Both the position numbers and the translations under genes were made by a program. Of a stretch of 25,406 nucleotides of DNA, positions 1 to 8,936 are shown piece after piece. Where the stretch lies: IMG/VR virus record IMGVR_UViG_3300017989_000417, positions 1 to 25,406 of that record. The stretch is one strand, 5' to 3'. Position 1 is the stretch's first letter; every line of letters begins with the position of its first letter. The notes under the pieces are model-generated. The model was not told the DNA's origin. It did no database searches and worked only from the letters and a program-made list of their open reading frames with translations. This DNA is from a virus. Lineage: Duplodnaviria; Caudoviricetes.

Positions 1-310
1 TACTGCACCAATTCGTAAAGCCGGCCGGAACTGGTGGTACTGTCCAACAGGTCTTCGATGGTGGTTAGCGGTCCGGAGGAATTACCGGCGAGGTATTGCT
101 CCATGTTGTAGAGCGGCCCGGAACTGGTAGTGCCGTCCAACACGTCTTCCATACCGACCAGCGGACCGACGGAACTGCCGGACAGATATTGCACCAATTC
201 GTAGAGCGGACCATAACTGTCCGAGCCGTCCAGCAAGTCTTCCATATTGGACAGCGGACCGGACATCGAGCCGGAAAGATACTGCACCAATTCGTAGAGC
301 CAACCGGAAG
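1..310 (-). repeat. 93-bp coding tandem repeat (31 aa, two 15/16-aa half-units), at least 3.3 copies
   Basis: tgcaccaattcgta occurs at 4, 190 and 283, with the variant tgctccatgttgta at 97, giving an exact 93-nt period. Confidence 0.9.
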
Positions 311-476
311 TACTACTGGACAAGTACCCGCTGATGTCGGTCAACAGACCGTCTAGATCGCCGAGCGTGGCATCTGAGCCGGGCTCGCCGGCGATGCCCT
401 CCACGATGGCCTCGACGTCGGCCAGAATGATGTCCGCACTGATCGCTCCGCCGGAACCGGTAGCGCCGTAACCCAT
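1..476 (-). CDS. Repeat-containing acidic protein, 3'-truncated by the window edge (not in the supplied ORF track)
   Basis: ATG at 476-474 overlaps the TAA of the upstream gene (TAATG). The frame is open to position 1: MGYGATGSGGAISADIILADVEAIVEG...GWLYELVQYLSGSMSGPLSNMEDLLDGSDSYGPLYELVQYLSG... with 31-aa repeats. Confidence 0.85.
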   Translation of the reverse strand, partial: MGYGATGSGGAISADIILADVEAIVEGIAGEPGSDATLGDLDGLLTDISGYLSSSTSGWLYELVQYLSGSMSGPLSNMEDLLDGSDSYGPLYELVQYLSGSSVGPLVGMEDVLDGTTSSGPLYNMEQYLAGNSSGPLTTIEDLLDSTTSSGRLYELVQ

Positions 477-730
477 TACCAGGTACCTCCAATCAGGGTG
501 ATCTTGTCGCCGGGCGTGCCTTTGACCTCGATCGCGGCCAGGTCGACCCGGTAAAAGGTGTGCCACTCGCCGGGTAACCACGGCACGTCGCTGCCGTCGT
601 CGCCTTTGAAGATCGCGTTGCCGGCGTTCGTCGGCAGACAATTGACGGTCATCGATACGACCGTCTGCTCGGTGGCAAGCGGCTGGTAGGTATCGGTGAG
701 CGTGATCTCCCGCATGATTACGTTATTCAT
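476..730 (-). CDS. Small beta-rich hypothetical phage protein (84 aa)
   Basis: GAGGGACAC precedes the ATG at 730 (MNNVIMREITL...), which is preferred over the longer ORF start at 772. The stop is coupled to the next gene. Confidence 0.8.
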   Translation of the reverse strand: MNNVIMREITLTDTYQPLATEQTVVSMTVNCLPTNAGNAIFKGDDGSDVPWLPGEWHTFYRVDLAAIEVKGTPGDKITLIGGTW

Positions 731-740
731 GTGTCCCTCG

Positions 741-968
741 CTACTCTTCTTGCTGAGCCTCCAAGACGGCAATGCGGGCCTCGTGATCGGTGTGACAAGC
801 CCACAGTTGCTGATTGGACTGGGTCGCTCCGCCGATCTTTTCGACCAGGCCCGCCAGTTGGGCGGCGATCTCCGCCAGCTTGGCGTGGACCATGAACATC
901 CACGAACCTAGCGCCAAGCCGACGGTCACCACCACCCCGATCACGATGCCCCAGATACCGGCGTTCAT
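741..968 (-). CDS. Small membrane protein, one N-terminal TM helix plus coiled coil (holin-like candidate)
   Basis: Hydrophobic IWGIVIGVVVTVGLALGSWMFMV, then a heptad-like C-terminus ending HEARIAVLE. ATGA overlap with the protease stop. Confidence 0.7.
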   Translation of the reverse strand: MNAGIWGIVIGVVVTVGLALGSWMFMVHAKLAEIAAQLAGLVEKIGGATQSNQQLWACHTDHEARIAVLEAQQEE

Positions 969-2395
969 TTCTTTGCCTTTCGGGCGGGAAGGTCCGGCTC
1001 GACGTCGGCTGCGCCGTGGACGCGATCCTTCAGGGCGTCGATCTTGTCGCTGACTCGATCGACCGCCCGGTGAAGCAGCGACTCATCGCCCCCAACGCGA
1101 CGGCCGATCCGGCGGGAGACGAACCAGCAGCCCGCGGCGATCGCCGCCGCCAGCGGTCCGGAGATTCCCAAGGCACCGCTAAGCAGTTTTCCGGTGGTCA
1201 GGCCCAGCGCACCGCTGCCGAGTTTTTCCTTAGCCAAGTCCTTGGCATACGCCCGGGCAATCTCGCGTTTACTCGCATCTTCACCGAGTTCCTTCTTGAC
1301 CTTGTCGATGCGGGCCTCGAAGCGAGCGTGCAACGTTTTCCGATCGCCGATCAGTTTACTCACCGCCTGGCGAAGCTTGCTGCTTTCCTCTTTCGCCTCC
1401 GCGACTTGCTTCTTAACCTCTTCGGCCGCCGGGCCTTCTGCTTTCTGCTTTCCGCTTTCTGCTTTCCCTCGCATCTCGATCAGCAATTCGGCGATCTTGT
1501 CCTGCCCTTCGCCGATGCGGTCCAACTTGGCACCCAACGGGCTGAGATCGATCGTGGTCGACGTCGACGGCTTCGGCAGCGTAGGCCAGGTACTTTCGAG
1601 CCGGCCGATACGTTGATTCTGCCCTTGGTTTTGCCGGTCCTGTCGATACCGATACGGCGAGATACGCGGGGGAATCGGGCACTGTCCGCCCGGGCATTGG
1701 GTCGGGGCCGTGAGTTTTGAGCTTTGAGCATTGAGCTTTTTGCTTTGGCCGAAAGCCGCATACAACCCCTGAAGCGACGTGGCGATGCCGTACGAATCGG
1801 CCACCTCACGTCTGGCCCGCAAGAGGCCGACGATCGCGGTGCCATCGGCGTTGAATACGGCCGAGCCGGATCGTCCGTTAGCCGGCGTGGGAGTGAAACA
1901 GAGGTCCGATTCGACGTAGCCCAGAGCGTGGCCCTTCCAGCCGGTCGACCAGGCACCTTTGGCACAGCCGACCGAAGTCAAGGTTTCGCCCTGCTTCACC
2001 ACGTAGTCGCGCGGGGCGATGGGAATCACCTTCGGCAACACGCCCCCGAAAGCGGTCTCCGGTATGACGACCAGGGCCGCGTCGGCAGACGGCGCTCGGC
2101 GGGTGACCCTTCCGGTGATCGGCTGTGATCTGTGGCCGTCTCGCCAGAACTCGCACTGCACGGTGGGCGCGTTTTCCACCACGTGGACGCAAGTCAAAAT
2201 GTGAACGTAGCCGCCGGACCGCTCGAATACGCATCCGGTTCCCCGGCCGCCGTCTCCGGCAGTGATTCGGCAGGTGGCGTCGATACAGTCGGCCATCGCG
2301 CCGCGGGCCTGTCCGGCCGCCCAGATGGTCAGGCCGATCACCACGGCCAGCGCGAAGAACCAGTAGGTCAGGAACAGCTTGGTCGAACGTTTCAT
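965..2395 (-). CDS. Exported or membrane-anchored trypsin-like serine protease with coiled-coil C-terminal region (476 aa)
   Basis: GGAG SD before the ATG at 2395 (MKRSTKLF...). Signal/TM segment; catalytic triad contexts ILTCVHVV (His), DAALV (Asp) and GRSGSAVF (Ser); QCPGGQCP linker; C-terminal hydrophobic helix GPLAAAIAAGCWFV. Confidence 0.85.
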   Translation of the reverse strand: MKRSTKLFLTYWFFALAVVIGLTIWAAGQARGAMADCIDATCRITAGDGGRGTGCVFERSGGYVHILTCVHVVENAPTVQCEFWRDGHRSQPITGRVTRRAPSADAALVVIPETAFGGVLPKVIPIAPRDYVVKQGETLTSVGCAKGAWSTGWKGHALGYVESDLCFTPTPANGRSGSAVFNADGTAIVGLLRARREVADSYGIATSLQGLYAAFGQSKKLNAQSSKLTAPTQCPGGQCPIPPRISPYRYRQDRQNQGQNQRIGRLESTWPTLPKPSTSTTIDLSPLGAKLDRIGEGQDKIAELLIEMRGKAESGKQKAEGPAAEEVKKQVAEAKEESSKLRQAVSKLIGDRKTLHARFEARIDKVKKELGEDASKREIARAYAKDLAKEKLGSGALGLTTGKLLSGALGISGPLAAAIAAGCWFVSRRIGRRVGGDESLLHRAVDRVSDKIDALKDRVHGAADVEPDLPARKAKK

Positions 2396-2463
2396 GTTAC
2401 ATCTCCGAATTGAAAAGGGGGAATGGTTTTTTGTCGAATGCAAAAACGGTTTTCGATTGCTCG

Positions 2464-2976
2464 TTACGTCGGCAGTTCCTTCACGAAGGCAGTCACGCAC
2501 AATCCTTGTGCCTGCGTTCCCGTCGAACCGCTCACCGCCGCCACCAGCCGCATAATGTCGCCGTCGGCAAACGAAGCCGAAGCGAGCGTGCCGGTCACGG
2601 GTACTTTGTTCGTCTCGCCGGAGTCGATCGTGATTACGCTCGTCAACACGGTCGACCAGGACCCGCCGCCGCTCGATTTCTGGATGTCGATGGTTACCTG
2701 CTTGTCGCCGCCGGCCGGTACGCTCTCGGCCACCGCCTCGACGGAAACGAGCGAGCCGGCACTGCGAAAGACGTGGAGAATTACGGTGTCGGCGACAACG
2801 TCGGAGCCGTCGGATTGCGCGTAGCGGAGAGGAAACTGATGCTGAATGTTCTCTGCCAAGAGAACTTCCTTGATCGCGTCGTTGCCGACGGAGTTGTCCG
2901 GGGCAACGGACTCTTTGCAAGTGAGTTTGCCGCGAACGTTGACGTCGCCGGAGAAATCTACTAAGCCATCACTCAC
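2464..2976 (-). CDS. Putative virion beta-sandwich protein (170 aa)
   Basis: GAGGA SD before the GTG at 2976. Composition rich in G/S/T/V beta strands; lies in the morphogenesis operon. Function is inferred. Confidence 0.7.
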   Translation of the reverse strand: MSDGLVDFSGDVNVRGKLTCKESVAPDNSVGNDAIKEVLLAENIQHQFPLRYAQSDGSDVVADTVILHVFRSAGSLVSVEAVAESVPAGGDKQVTIDIQKSSGGGSWSTVLTSVITIDSGETNKVPVTGTLASASFADGDIMRLVAAVSGSTGTQAQGLCVTAFVKELPT

Positions 2977-2985
2977 GATCTATCC

Positions 2986-3627
2986 TCACTTCAGCCGCAC
3001 GGGCTTCTGGGAAATGCCGCGTCGCAACAGCGCGCGGCAAAGGGCGTTGGGGTTCCACTTGCTGGCGTTGGCCGTGTAAAAGGCCTCGATATGGTCCAGG
3101 GCCACCGCGGCGAACTCGCTGCAAAACAGGCTGGTGAGGTCCTGTCCCAAGAAAAACTTCTCGAACCAGCCGAAGCCGGCGCCGCGACTGCGAAAGGCCC
3201 CGATGCGGTCGTAGGACGTGCCGAGGTTCGACATGCAGAACTCGGTCAGGTCGACCGATTGCTCGGCGCTGATCGACCGCCGCCGCGGGTAGTGCCAGAC
3301 CTTGCCGCGATAGGCCTCCACTCGCGGCCAAATCTCGTGACACTGCACGCCCTCGACGATCTCGCCCTGAAGCAGGCAGGGCTCGTTATAGAGCGACGTC
3401 GACTCGAAGAGGACTGGACGGCCATCGTCGGGATGCGCGGCCACGAGGGCCACGTGGGATAGACCCCACAGCGGAAGGCCCCAGGTGCCGCCGTTGATGA
3501 TCCAGCCGGTCCACTCGGACGAAGAGAATCCGACCACGTCGCCCGGGCGAAGCGGCGAATCGCAACGCAGCGCGGCTTTCGTCAGCCGGCCGTGTCCGGC
3601 GAGCCTTTGCAGAAGATCACTACTCAT
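2986..3627 (-). CDS. Permuted papain-like NlpC/P60 (YiiX/YebB-type) cysteine hydrolase
   Basis: LRPGDVVGF, SHVALV (His), YD and LFCSEF (Cys) appear in the His-before-Cys order typical of the permuted family. Confidence 0.8.
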   Translation of the reverse strand: MSSDLLQRLAGHGRLTKAALRCDSPLRPGDVVGFSSSEWTGWIINGGTWGLPLWGLSHVALVAAHPDDGRPVLFESTSLYNEPCLLQGEIVEGVQCHEIWPRVEAYRGKVWHYPRRRSISAEQSVDLTEFCMSNLGTSYDRIGAFRSRGAGFGWFEKFFLGQDLTSLFCSEFAAVALDHIEAFYTANASKWNPNALCRALLRRGISQKPVRLK

Positions 3628-4061
3628 CGCACCACCCTGTAAGTAAGAGTCAACACGCTGGTAAACACGCGATCCTCGCGAAGATGATCGGGAACGAAGA
3701 TCGGCTCGTTGCCGGTCTCCACCCAGACGGCCAGCCGAAAACCTTCGGTATCCGTCAACACCCGGCCGTTGAGGGCGGCGAACACTTCATCCACCAGGCC
3801 CATCATCGTGTCGGCCTCCGCATCCGTTTCCGCTCGCTTCTGTATGCCGATGTCGATGGCGATATCCTGCTGATAGCCGGATCGATCGGCGGCGGCCGTA
3901 ACGCGGCCCTTCGGAACCACGGTCACCCGCAGCGTCTTGTACTGCGATAGCTTCCGCTCCGGGTTGTAGGTTCGCTCGGCCGTGAACTGTTCACTAAACT
4001 GGCCCGCGTTGAGGGCACGGACCACCGCGTCGGCTACTTCGATTACGATGCTTTCGCTCAC
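3624..4061 (-). CDS. Putative tail terminator / tail-completion protein
   Basis: 145 aa, positioned after the head-closure gene, with the C-terminal beta strand VFTSVLTLTYRV. GTGA/ATGA coupling at both ends. Confidence 0.6.
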   Translation of the reverse strand: MSESIVIEVADAVVRALNAGQFSEQFTAERTYNPERKLSQYKTLRVTVVPKGRVTAAADRSGYQQDIAIDIGIQKRAETDAEADTMMGLVDEVFAALNGRVLTDTEGFRLAVWVETGNEPIFVPDHLREDRVFTSVLTLTYRVVR

Positions 4062-4441
4062 AGTTCGACCTCGTCGATGTTTTTGGTGTGAATGCGAAGC
4101 GTCTTTCGCCGCGAATCGCTGTAGCGGAAACAGGGCTCGTTCTGGCCGGGGGCCGCCACCTCGTAAGTGACTTCCGTGCCGTCGATGACTTCCACGACCT
4201 GGTCGCCGGAGACGGGCAACGTGCGTTCGTCGTCGAGGATCAGGTCCTCGGTGCGGATCAGATAATCGCGGGTCTCCACCCGGATGCTGCCGCCGAAACC
4301 GTCATGCACGTCGTGTTCGCTGCTACCCACCGTGGCCGAAACCTCGACCGAGGCGCCGCCACGCCAATACGTGACGGCGTCGGTCAGGTGCTCATGCCGT
4401 TGTTCGGTGAGCCAATCAGCCGCATTCGCGAGCATGTTCAT
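4058..4441 (-). CDS. Head-tail joining / head-closure protein (lambda gpFII-like)
   Basis: 127 aa beta-rich protein (PVSGDQVVE...TYEV...LRIHTK) in the canonical position after the capsid-associated genes. Confidence 0.65.
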   Translation of the reverse strand: MNMLANAADWLTEQRHEHLTDAVTYWRGGASVEVSATVGSSEHDVHDGFGGSIRVETRDYLIRTEDLILDDERTLPVSGDQVVEVIDGTEVTYEVAAPGQNEPCFRYSDSRRKTLRIHTKNIDEVEL

Positions 4442-4456
4442 GACGGGGAAGGTCTC

Positions 4457-5248
4457 TTACGCGGCGTTCGTCGGGATGTAGCGGATCACCAGGCTGAAGG
4501 CCGGAAGGTCGGCCGTGGTGCCCTGCGTCACGTCGAGCGTGACGTGTTCGCCGGCCGCAAGAACCTTGTGGGTCGCATCGGGCGTACCCAAGTCCTCGTA
4601 GTCGCCGTCGGGCGGCTGGTTCGCCGTGTCGTACGTCTTGGTGAGGATCGTGTTGGCCGCATCGTCCTTCAGCGCCAGCACGGCCGTGTTGGCATCGTCG
4701 ACGCCGGCCGGCGATCCCTGGGTGAGGATGCCCACCGAAACGATGGTCACCGCCCGCGGGTGGACGAAGATCGGACGCGCGGCGATGTCGCCATCGGCCG
4801 CCAGGTCCTCGACGGGAACGATTACCGACTGCTCGGCGTGCGCGTCGTCGAGGGTTGCCGAGTTGCCGTTGGAAACGACGTCGCCGGTGAGCGCGGGAAG
4901 GGATTGCAGGACGATCCGCACCGTCTCGGCACTCTCGGCCGCGCCCGCGATGGCCACACCACAGTACTTGCCGTCGGCGGCCGTCTTCGTGACCGCACCG
5001 CTGCCGGCCGTACCACCTACCGGATCGCCGTCGTCATCCCAAAAGACTTCGTCACCGGCACTGATCGCACCGGTCACCTTGGGAAAGTCGAACACGCCGA
5101 CAATCGCCAGGGCGCCCAGCGCGTTGGCCGCGATGTCCAACTTGGCCACGCCGATCAGGTCGCCTTGCACGACCACGTCGCCGGCCGAGACGGCCGAACC
5201 GGGCGTATGATCGATCGACTTGCCTTCTTGCACGAAATGAACACTCAC
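4457..5248 (-). CDS. DUF2190-type capsid cement/decoration protein with extra C-terminal domain
   Basis: AGGAG SD and GTG start. N-terminus FVQEGKSIDHTP...AGDVVVQGDLIGVAKLDIAANALGALAIVGVFDFPK is typical of DUF2190, followed by a ~140-aa extension. Confidence 0.8.
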   Translation of the reverse strand: MSVHFVQEGKSIDHTPGSAVSAGDVVVQGDLIGVAKLDIAANALGALAIVGVFDFPKVTGAISAGDEVFWDDDGDPVGGTAGSGAVTKTAADGKYCGVAIAGAAESAETVRIVLQSLPALTGDVVSNGNSATLDDAHAEQSVIVPVEDLAADGDIAARPIFVHPRAVTIVSVGILTQGSPAGVDDANTAVLALKDDAANTILTKTYDTANQPPDGDYEDLGTPDATHKVLAAGEHVTLDVTQGTTADLPAFSLVIRYIPTNAA

Positions 5249-5305
5249 GTTTATGCTCCTTCTGTTTGAGACTTGTTTGGTTCTAGCGCCTTACGCTGCA
5301 CGAAA

Positions 5306-5341
5306 TCGATGGGGCGGTACGTGTGCCTCCCGCCCCATCGA
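5306..5341 (-). terminator. GC-rich stem-loop downstream of the capsid gene (weak terminator or mRNA stabiliser)
   Basis: Perfect 12-bp inverted repeat tcgatggggcgg (5306-5317) / ccgccccatcga (5330-5341). Only TTT follows on the minus strand. Confidence 0.6.
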
Positions 5342-5360
5342 GAGAATTCTGCCTTTTGGC

Positions 5361-7328
5361 TTACGATTCGCCCTTCATCTTCAGGGCACCGCGGTAGTCT
5401 TGCTCGCGAACACCGAAGTCGATATAGCCGCGATACTGGACGCCCAGCGTGTTGAAGTCGGCGTCGGCTCGCTCAACGGTCGGGCGGTCGACGCCACCGA
5501 GGAACGCGACTTCGATCGCCGGCAGACGGTTCGGATCGGCCAGGAGATGCCACGCCTTGTTGCTCGCACCCGGGAATGTGGTATTGCTGGGATAGGCCGA
5601 AGAGACGACTTCAAACTTTCCGGCGTGCGGATTGTTGGCCGGCTTTGCCTTGTTTGCCGTAGTGGTTTCGTTCACCTGCAGCGCGGTCATGAGTTGTTCG
5701 GCCGGAACCTTCAATGCCGTGGGCACCAACAGCAATCTCGCGGGCACGCCCAAGGGGCGCCCGTTGGGCTTGGTCTGCTCGGCAAACGCCACCTCGGCCA
5801 TGGTTAGGCCGTCGATCGTCAGGGCGGTGTCGGCGCCGGCGAGGTAGTTGTTGTGATCGGCGTGAAAGAACTTCAGGCCGTCACTCTGCACGGGATTGGA
5901 GAGAAACAATCCCCAGACGGCGTCGGCGATCGCCTCGGCTGCCCCCATGCCGATTCGGCGCGGAATCTCGGTCAAGGCGCCCAGATCATCATTGATAATC
6001 ATCTGCCGAGTCAGGGCGAACATGATCCCGTGCGTGTCGACCTTTTGCCCGAACTGCTGCTCGCCAACCTTTCCATGCTTCAGTTCGCCGTCGGGGCCGA
6101 CCTTCTGAAACACGAAATTGTCCGTCATGCGATACCGGCTGTGTTCCTTGAAGTCGTTGACCGAAGCGATCTTGCAGATTCGCCGCCAGGCGTCTTCGAC
6201 GTAGTTGTAACCCTCCAGCAGAGATTTGTTGGCCACATTCGCCAGAATGTTCGGCAAGCTCGTAGTGCTGAATGCCGCCCTCAACCAGCCGGTCGCATCT
6301 CGACGATACCGCGGCAAGCGCTCCCCGCTGGCCAACTCGCAGAATTCTTGCAGATCGACGCCCCGGAGCTTGTCGGCCGCTTCGAGCGTCTGTTCGGAGT
6401 ATGACGCCTCAAGTGTGGCGGTCGTAACGCCCGAAGCCGACAGCGCAACCACCTCGAAGACTTGCGGTCCGAAGGTGTCGGCCGGAACGTGCACGGCCGG
6501 TGCCGAGGGACGCGACTCTTGAATCGCAGCACGCACTTCCCTGGCGCAGCGATCTTCATCCCATTTCTCTTCGAGAGCTTGAGCCCTAATGTCCGGATGT
6601 TCCGAACAGAGTTGGTCAATCACGAGGAACCGCTTTCGCGCTCTTTCCTCCCCCTCCGCCCTGATGGCCTCGACGTCGACTTGACCCGCACCACTCGCTT
6701 CGAGCTTCTCGGGAGTGTCCGTAACGTTCGACTTCTTGTCGGCGGAAGCTTCCTTCTTGTCTTCGTTCGCTTTGGGCATGTTCTGTTTCTCCTCTTCGGG
6801 TGATTGGGCGGACACGACGGCCCTGGCGTCACTGTCCGCACCGTTATCGACAAAACTGATTTCTTTCAGGGTCATCCGGCGAACCACGTGCAACGGTCCT
6901 TCGAACGACTGGCCGTTGACCTCGATGTTCCGGCCGGCCGACACGAACTCGGCCTTGATTACCGGGCCGCCGATACTGGCCCGCCACGGGAACCCGTTGC
7001 TTCCGCTGCGGGCCACGTCGCGTGCCCACGAGGTGTCACGGCTGATGAGGCCTTCCGCGACAAGCTTTCCGCCACGGGCCTCGATTCGCGTCGTGTGGCC
7101 GACACCTTGGCTCGGCTTGTGATCCAACCGGATCGGGACCGACTGGTCGGGAACGTCCAGGCCGCCCAAGTCGACTACCACCGCGTGAGGAAAACCGGCC
7201 AGGCGCATCGCGCCGCCCGAATAGGCAACCATCGAAAACCGCGGCAGTTCCTTTTCGCCGGCAGCCGCTTCGATGGTCGGCACGGCGGAGAACTCGACGA
7301 ATTCAGGCGACTTGACGCTGTTGGGCAT
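5361..7328 (-). CDS. Fused prohead protease - scaffold - major capsid protein (655 aa)
   Basis: N-terminal prohead protease motifs (IRLDH, WRASIG, LKEISFVDNGAD), a charged linker, and a C-terminal capsid domain (LTRQMIINDDLGAL, LLVPTAL, DFGVREQDYRG). Confidence 0.9.
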   Translation of the reverse strand: MPNSVKSPEFVEFSAVPTIEAAAGEKELPRFSMVAYSGGAMRLAGFPHAVVVDLGGLDVPDQSVPIRLDHKPSQGVGHTTRIEARGGKLVAEGLISRDTSWARDVARSGSNGFPWRASIGGPVIKAEFVSAGRNIEVNGQSFEGPLHVVRRMTLKEISFVDNGADSDARAVVSAQSPEEEKQNMPKANEDKKEASADKKSNVTDTPEKLEASGAGQVDVEAIRAEGEERARKRFLVIDQLCSEHPDIRAQALEEKWDEDRCAREVRAAIQESRPSAPAVHVPADTFGPQVFEVVALSASGVTTATLEASYSEQTLEAADKLRGVDLQEFCELASGERLPRYRRDATGWLRAAFSTTSLPNILANVANKSLLEGYNYVEDAWRRICKIASVNDFKEHSRYRMTDNFVFQKVGPDGELKHGKVGEQQFGQKVDTHGIMFALTRQMIINDDLGALTEIPRRIGMGAAEAIADAVWGLFLSNPVQSDGLKFFHADHNNYLAGADTALTIDGLTMAEVAFAEQTKPNGRPLGVPARLLLVPTALKVPAEQLMTALQVNETTTANKAKPANNPHAGKFEVVSSAYPSNTTFPGASNKAWHLLADPNRLPAIEVAFLGGVDRPTVERADADFNTLGVQYRGYIDFGVREQDYRGALKMKGES

Positions 7329-8733
7329 CTTGTTTTTCCTTTTCGGAGTTTGGCGGAACCGATTCTTTCGCTTCGAGCCCCAGTTCCCTCATGAGTTTCT
7401 TTTCCTTCGCTCGCTGGCAAAGTTGGGTCTCCCAGTCCTTGCCCTGCCGGCCATACTCATCGGCAAGCGTGGTCGTGTTGTTCTCCAACCGCGTTGCCTG
7501 GGCGTTGGCCTCTTTAGCCGGGTCGACGTGTTCCATCCCGTCCCAAAACCACTGGTGAGGCAGCGGCACTCGCGGCCCCCGAAGAAAAGCCAACTCCTCG
7601 AAGGTTGCCGCTTCCTCGATCCATGCCGCCAGGATGCGGTCCGCCACCGCTTGGCCCATGTGCGATTGCGTGATCCGAAGGCTCTTGTAGTAGGTCTGTT
7701 TATCGAGGCGCCCACTGGCGTAATTGTGCCGGCTCGAATCGCCCGTGATGACGTTGATCGGCACCTGCAAGCAGCGGCCGATTTCGCCTAGAATTTCGCG
7801 CTTGAACTCGGTGTACGTAGTGGCCGGCTGTTCGGCCTTGATCTGGCCGAGTTTCCAGCCGTCGGGCAGCGTGGTCGCCATCCGCTTTTCGAGTTCGATC
7901 ACATCGAGCGGATCGACCGAAGCTATCTCATCGCCAGCCGGAGCGTCCGTGTAAAGCACTGCCGCGAAGTCGGCCGCCGTTTCGGCCGCACCCAACACGG
8001 CCAGCGTGTAGCGGCGAAGTTGAGCGAACAGCGGAAGGGCCGGCGTGATTTCCGGCACGCCCCGATGTTGACCCGGCCGGTCCGCGCGAAACCAATGAAT
8101 CATCGACGCTGCGGGGATTTCCTCGCTGTCGACGAACGCCGGCCCAATTCCGTAGGCGCCGGGGTGTTCGTGCAAAAGGTGGTAGGCTCGAACATTTCCA
8201 AAACTATCCAACTCGATTCCGTCTACCACGTCCGGGCGATTGATTGCCGTTACCGGCGTGACTATTTGGTCCGCTTCAATCAGCCGAAGATCAAGTTTGA
8301 TGGGATGGTCGAGATGCGGGTTGGTAAACAACAGCGCGAACGCTTCGCCGTCGGTTACCTTCGCCATGAACATCGTGCGAAGCTTCGCGGCCAAATCGAC
8401 GGCCGCGGCCCAGTCTGCAAACCACTTTTCAACAATCCGGTTCGCCTCATTATCTTCCGTCAGCAGTTGCAGCCGCGGCCCAGTCCCCACGCAATCACCC
8501 GCAACCGTCAGTACCATTCCCTTGGCGTAGGAGTTGTTGGCCACTTCGTAACGGGCACGTTTGCAGAGCGTTCGCCGTACGTGGGGCGTCATCGCCGCAT
8601 CGGCGGAGAGCCCATCGGCCATTGCCCAGTGCCGGGCGTTTTCGTCGGTCGTCTGCGCGGCGTCGTAGCGTGCCCGGATATAGTCCGAGACGGAAAACCG
8701 GGCTTTGGTCTTACGGCGAAAAGGCCACCACAT
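7303..8733 (-). CDS. Phage portal protein, lambda family
   Basis: RARYEVANNSYAKG, DGIELDSFG, RPGQHRGVP, NYASGR and VDPAKE motifs. ATG at 8733 overlaps the upstream TGA. Confidence 0.92.
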   Translation of the reverse strand: MWWPFRRKTKARFSVSDYIRARYDAAQTTDENARHWAMADGLSADAAMTPHVRRTLCKRARYEVANNSYAKGMVLTVAGDCVGTGPRLQLLTEDNEANRIVEKWFADWAAAVDLAAKLRTMFMAKVTDGEAFALLFTNPHLDHPIKLDLRLIEADQIVTPVTAINRPDVVDGIELDSFGNVRAYHLLHEHPGAYGIGPAFVDSEEIPAASMIHWFRADRPGQHRGVPEITPALPLFAQLRRYTLAVLGAAETAADFAAVLYTDAPAGDEIASVDPLDVIELEKRMATTLPDGWKLGQIKAEQPATTYTEFKREILGEIGRCLQVPINVITGDSSRHNYASGRLDKQTYYKSLRITQSHMGQAVADRILAAWIEEAATFEELAFLRGPRVPLPHQWFWDGMEHVDPAKEANAQATRLENNTTTLADEYGRQGKDWETQLCQRAKEKKLMRELGLEAKESVPPNSEKEKQDAQQRQVA

Positions 8734-8930
8734 CAAACGGTTCCCCCGGGGCTGATCTTCGCCAGTTTGATGCCGAGGCCCGTGGACTGAGTCGCTCGCT
8801 TTGATGCTAAATGCTTGTCCGCCGCGATCTGATCCGGTAGCGAGTGCCCCTCGACACTTTGCCCGTCGATGGTGGCTCGCTTCGGACCGGTAGCGGCTTC
8901 GCGAATGGTGGAGTCGAGATCGTCAGCCAT
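8733..8930 (-). CDS. Small head-completion protein (gpW-like position)
   Basis: 65 aa between terminase and portal (GPKRATIDGQSVEGHSLPDQI), with a strong SD GAGAGGTG. Confidence 0.75.
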   Translation of the reverse strand: MADDLDSTIREAATGPKRATIDGQSVEGHSLPDQIAADKHLASKRATQSTGLGIKLAKISPGGTV

Positions 8931-8936
8931 GAAAGA

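Noticed and set aside
1-310. Possible CRISPR array
   Set aside because: The period is 93 nt, the intervening segments are homologous to each other and keep one reading frame, so this is a coding repeat. No cas genes are present.
2396-2920. N-terminal 175 aa of the 651-aa ORF
   Set aside because: Arg-rich shadow of the 170-aa gene. The protease has its own SD, ATG and signal segment at 2395.
4088-5269. 393-aa plus-strand ORF (and other long plus-strand ORFs, e.g. 11781-12800, 18358-19464)
   Set aside because: Antisense shadows of well-supported minus-strand genes, rich in R/V/G/H, with no domain signal.
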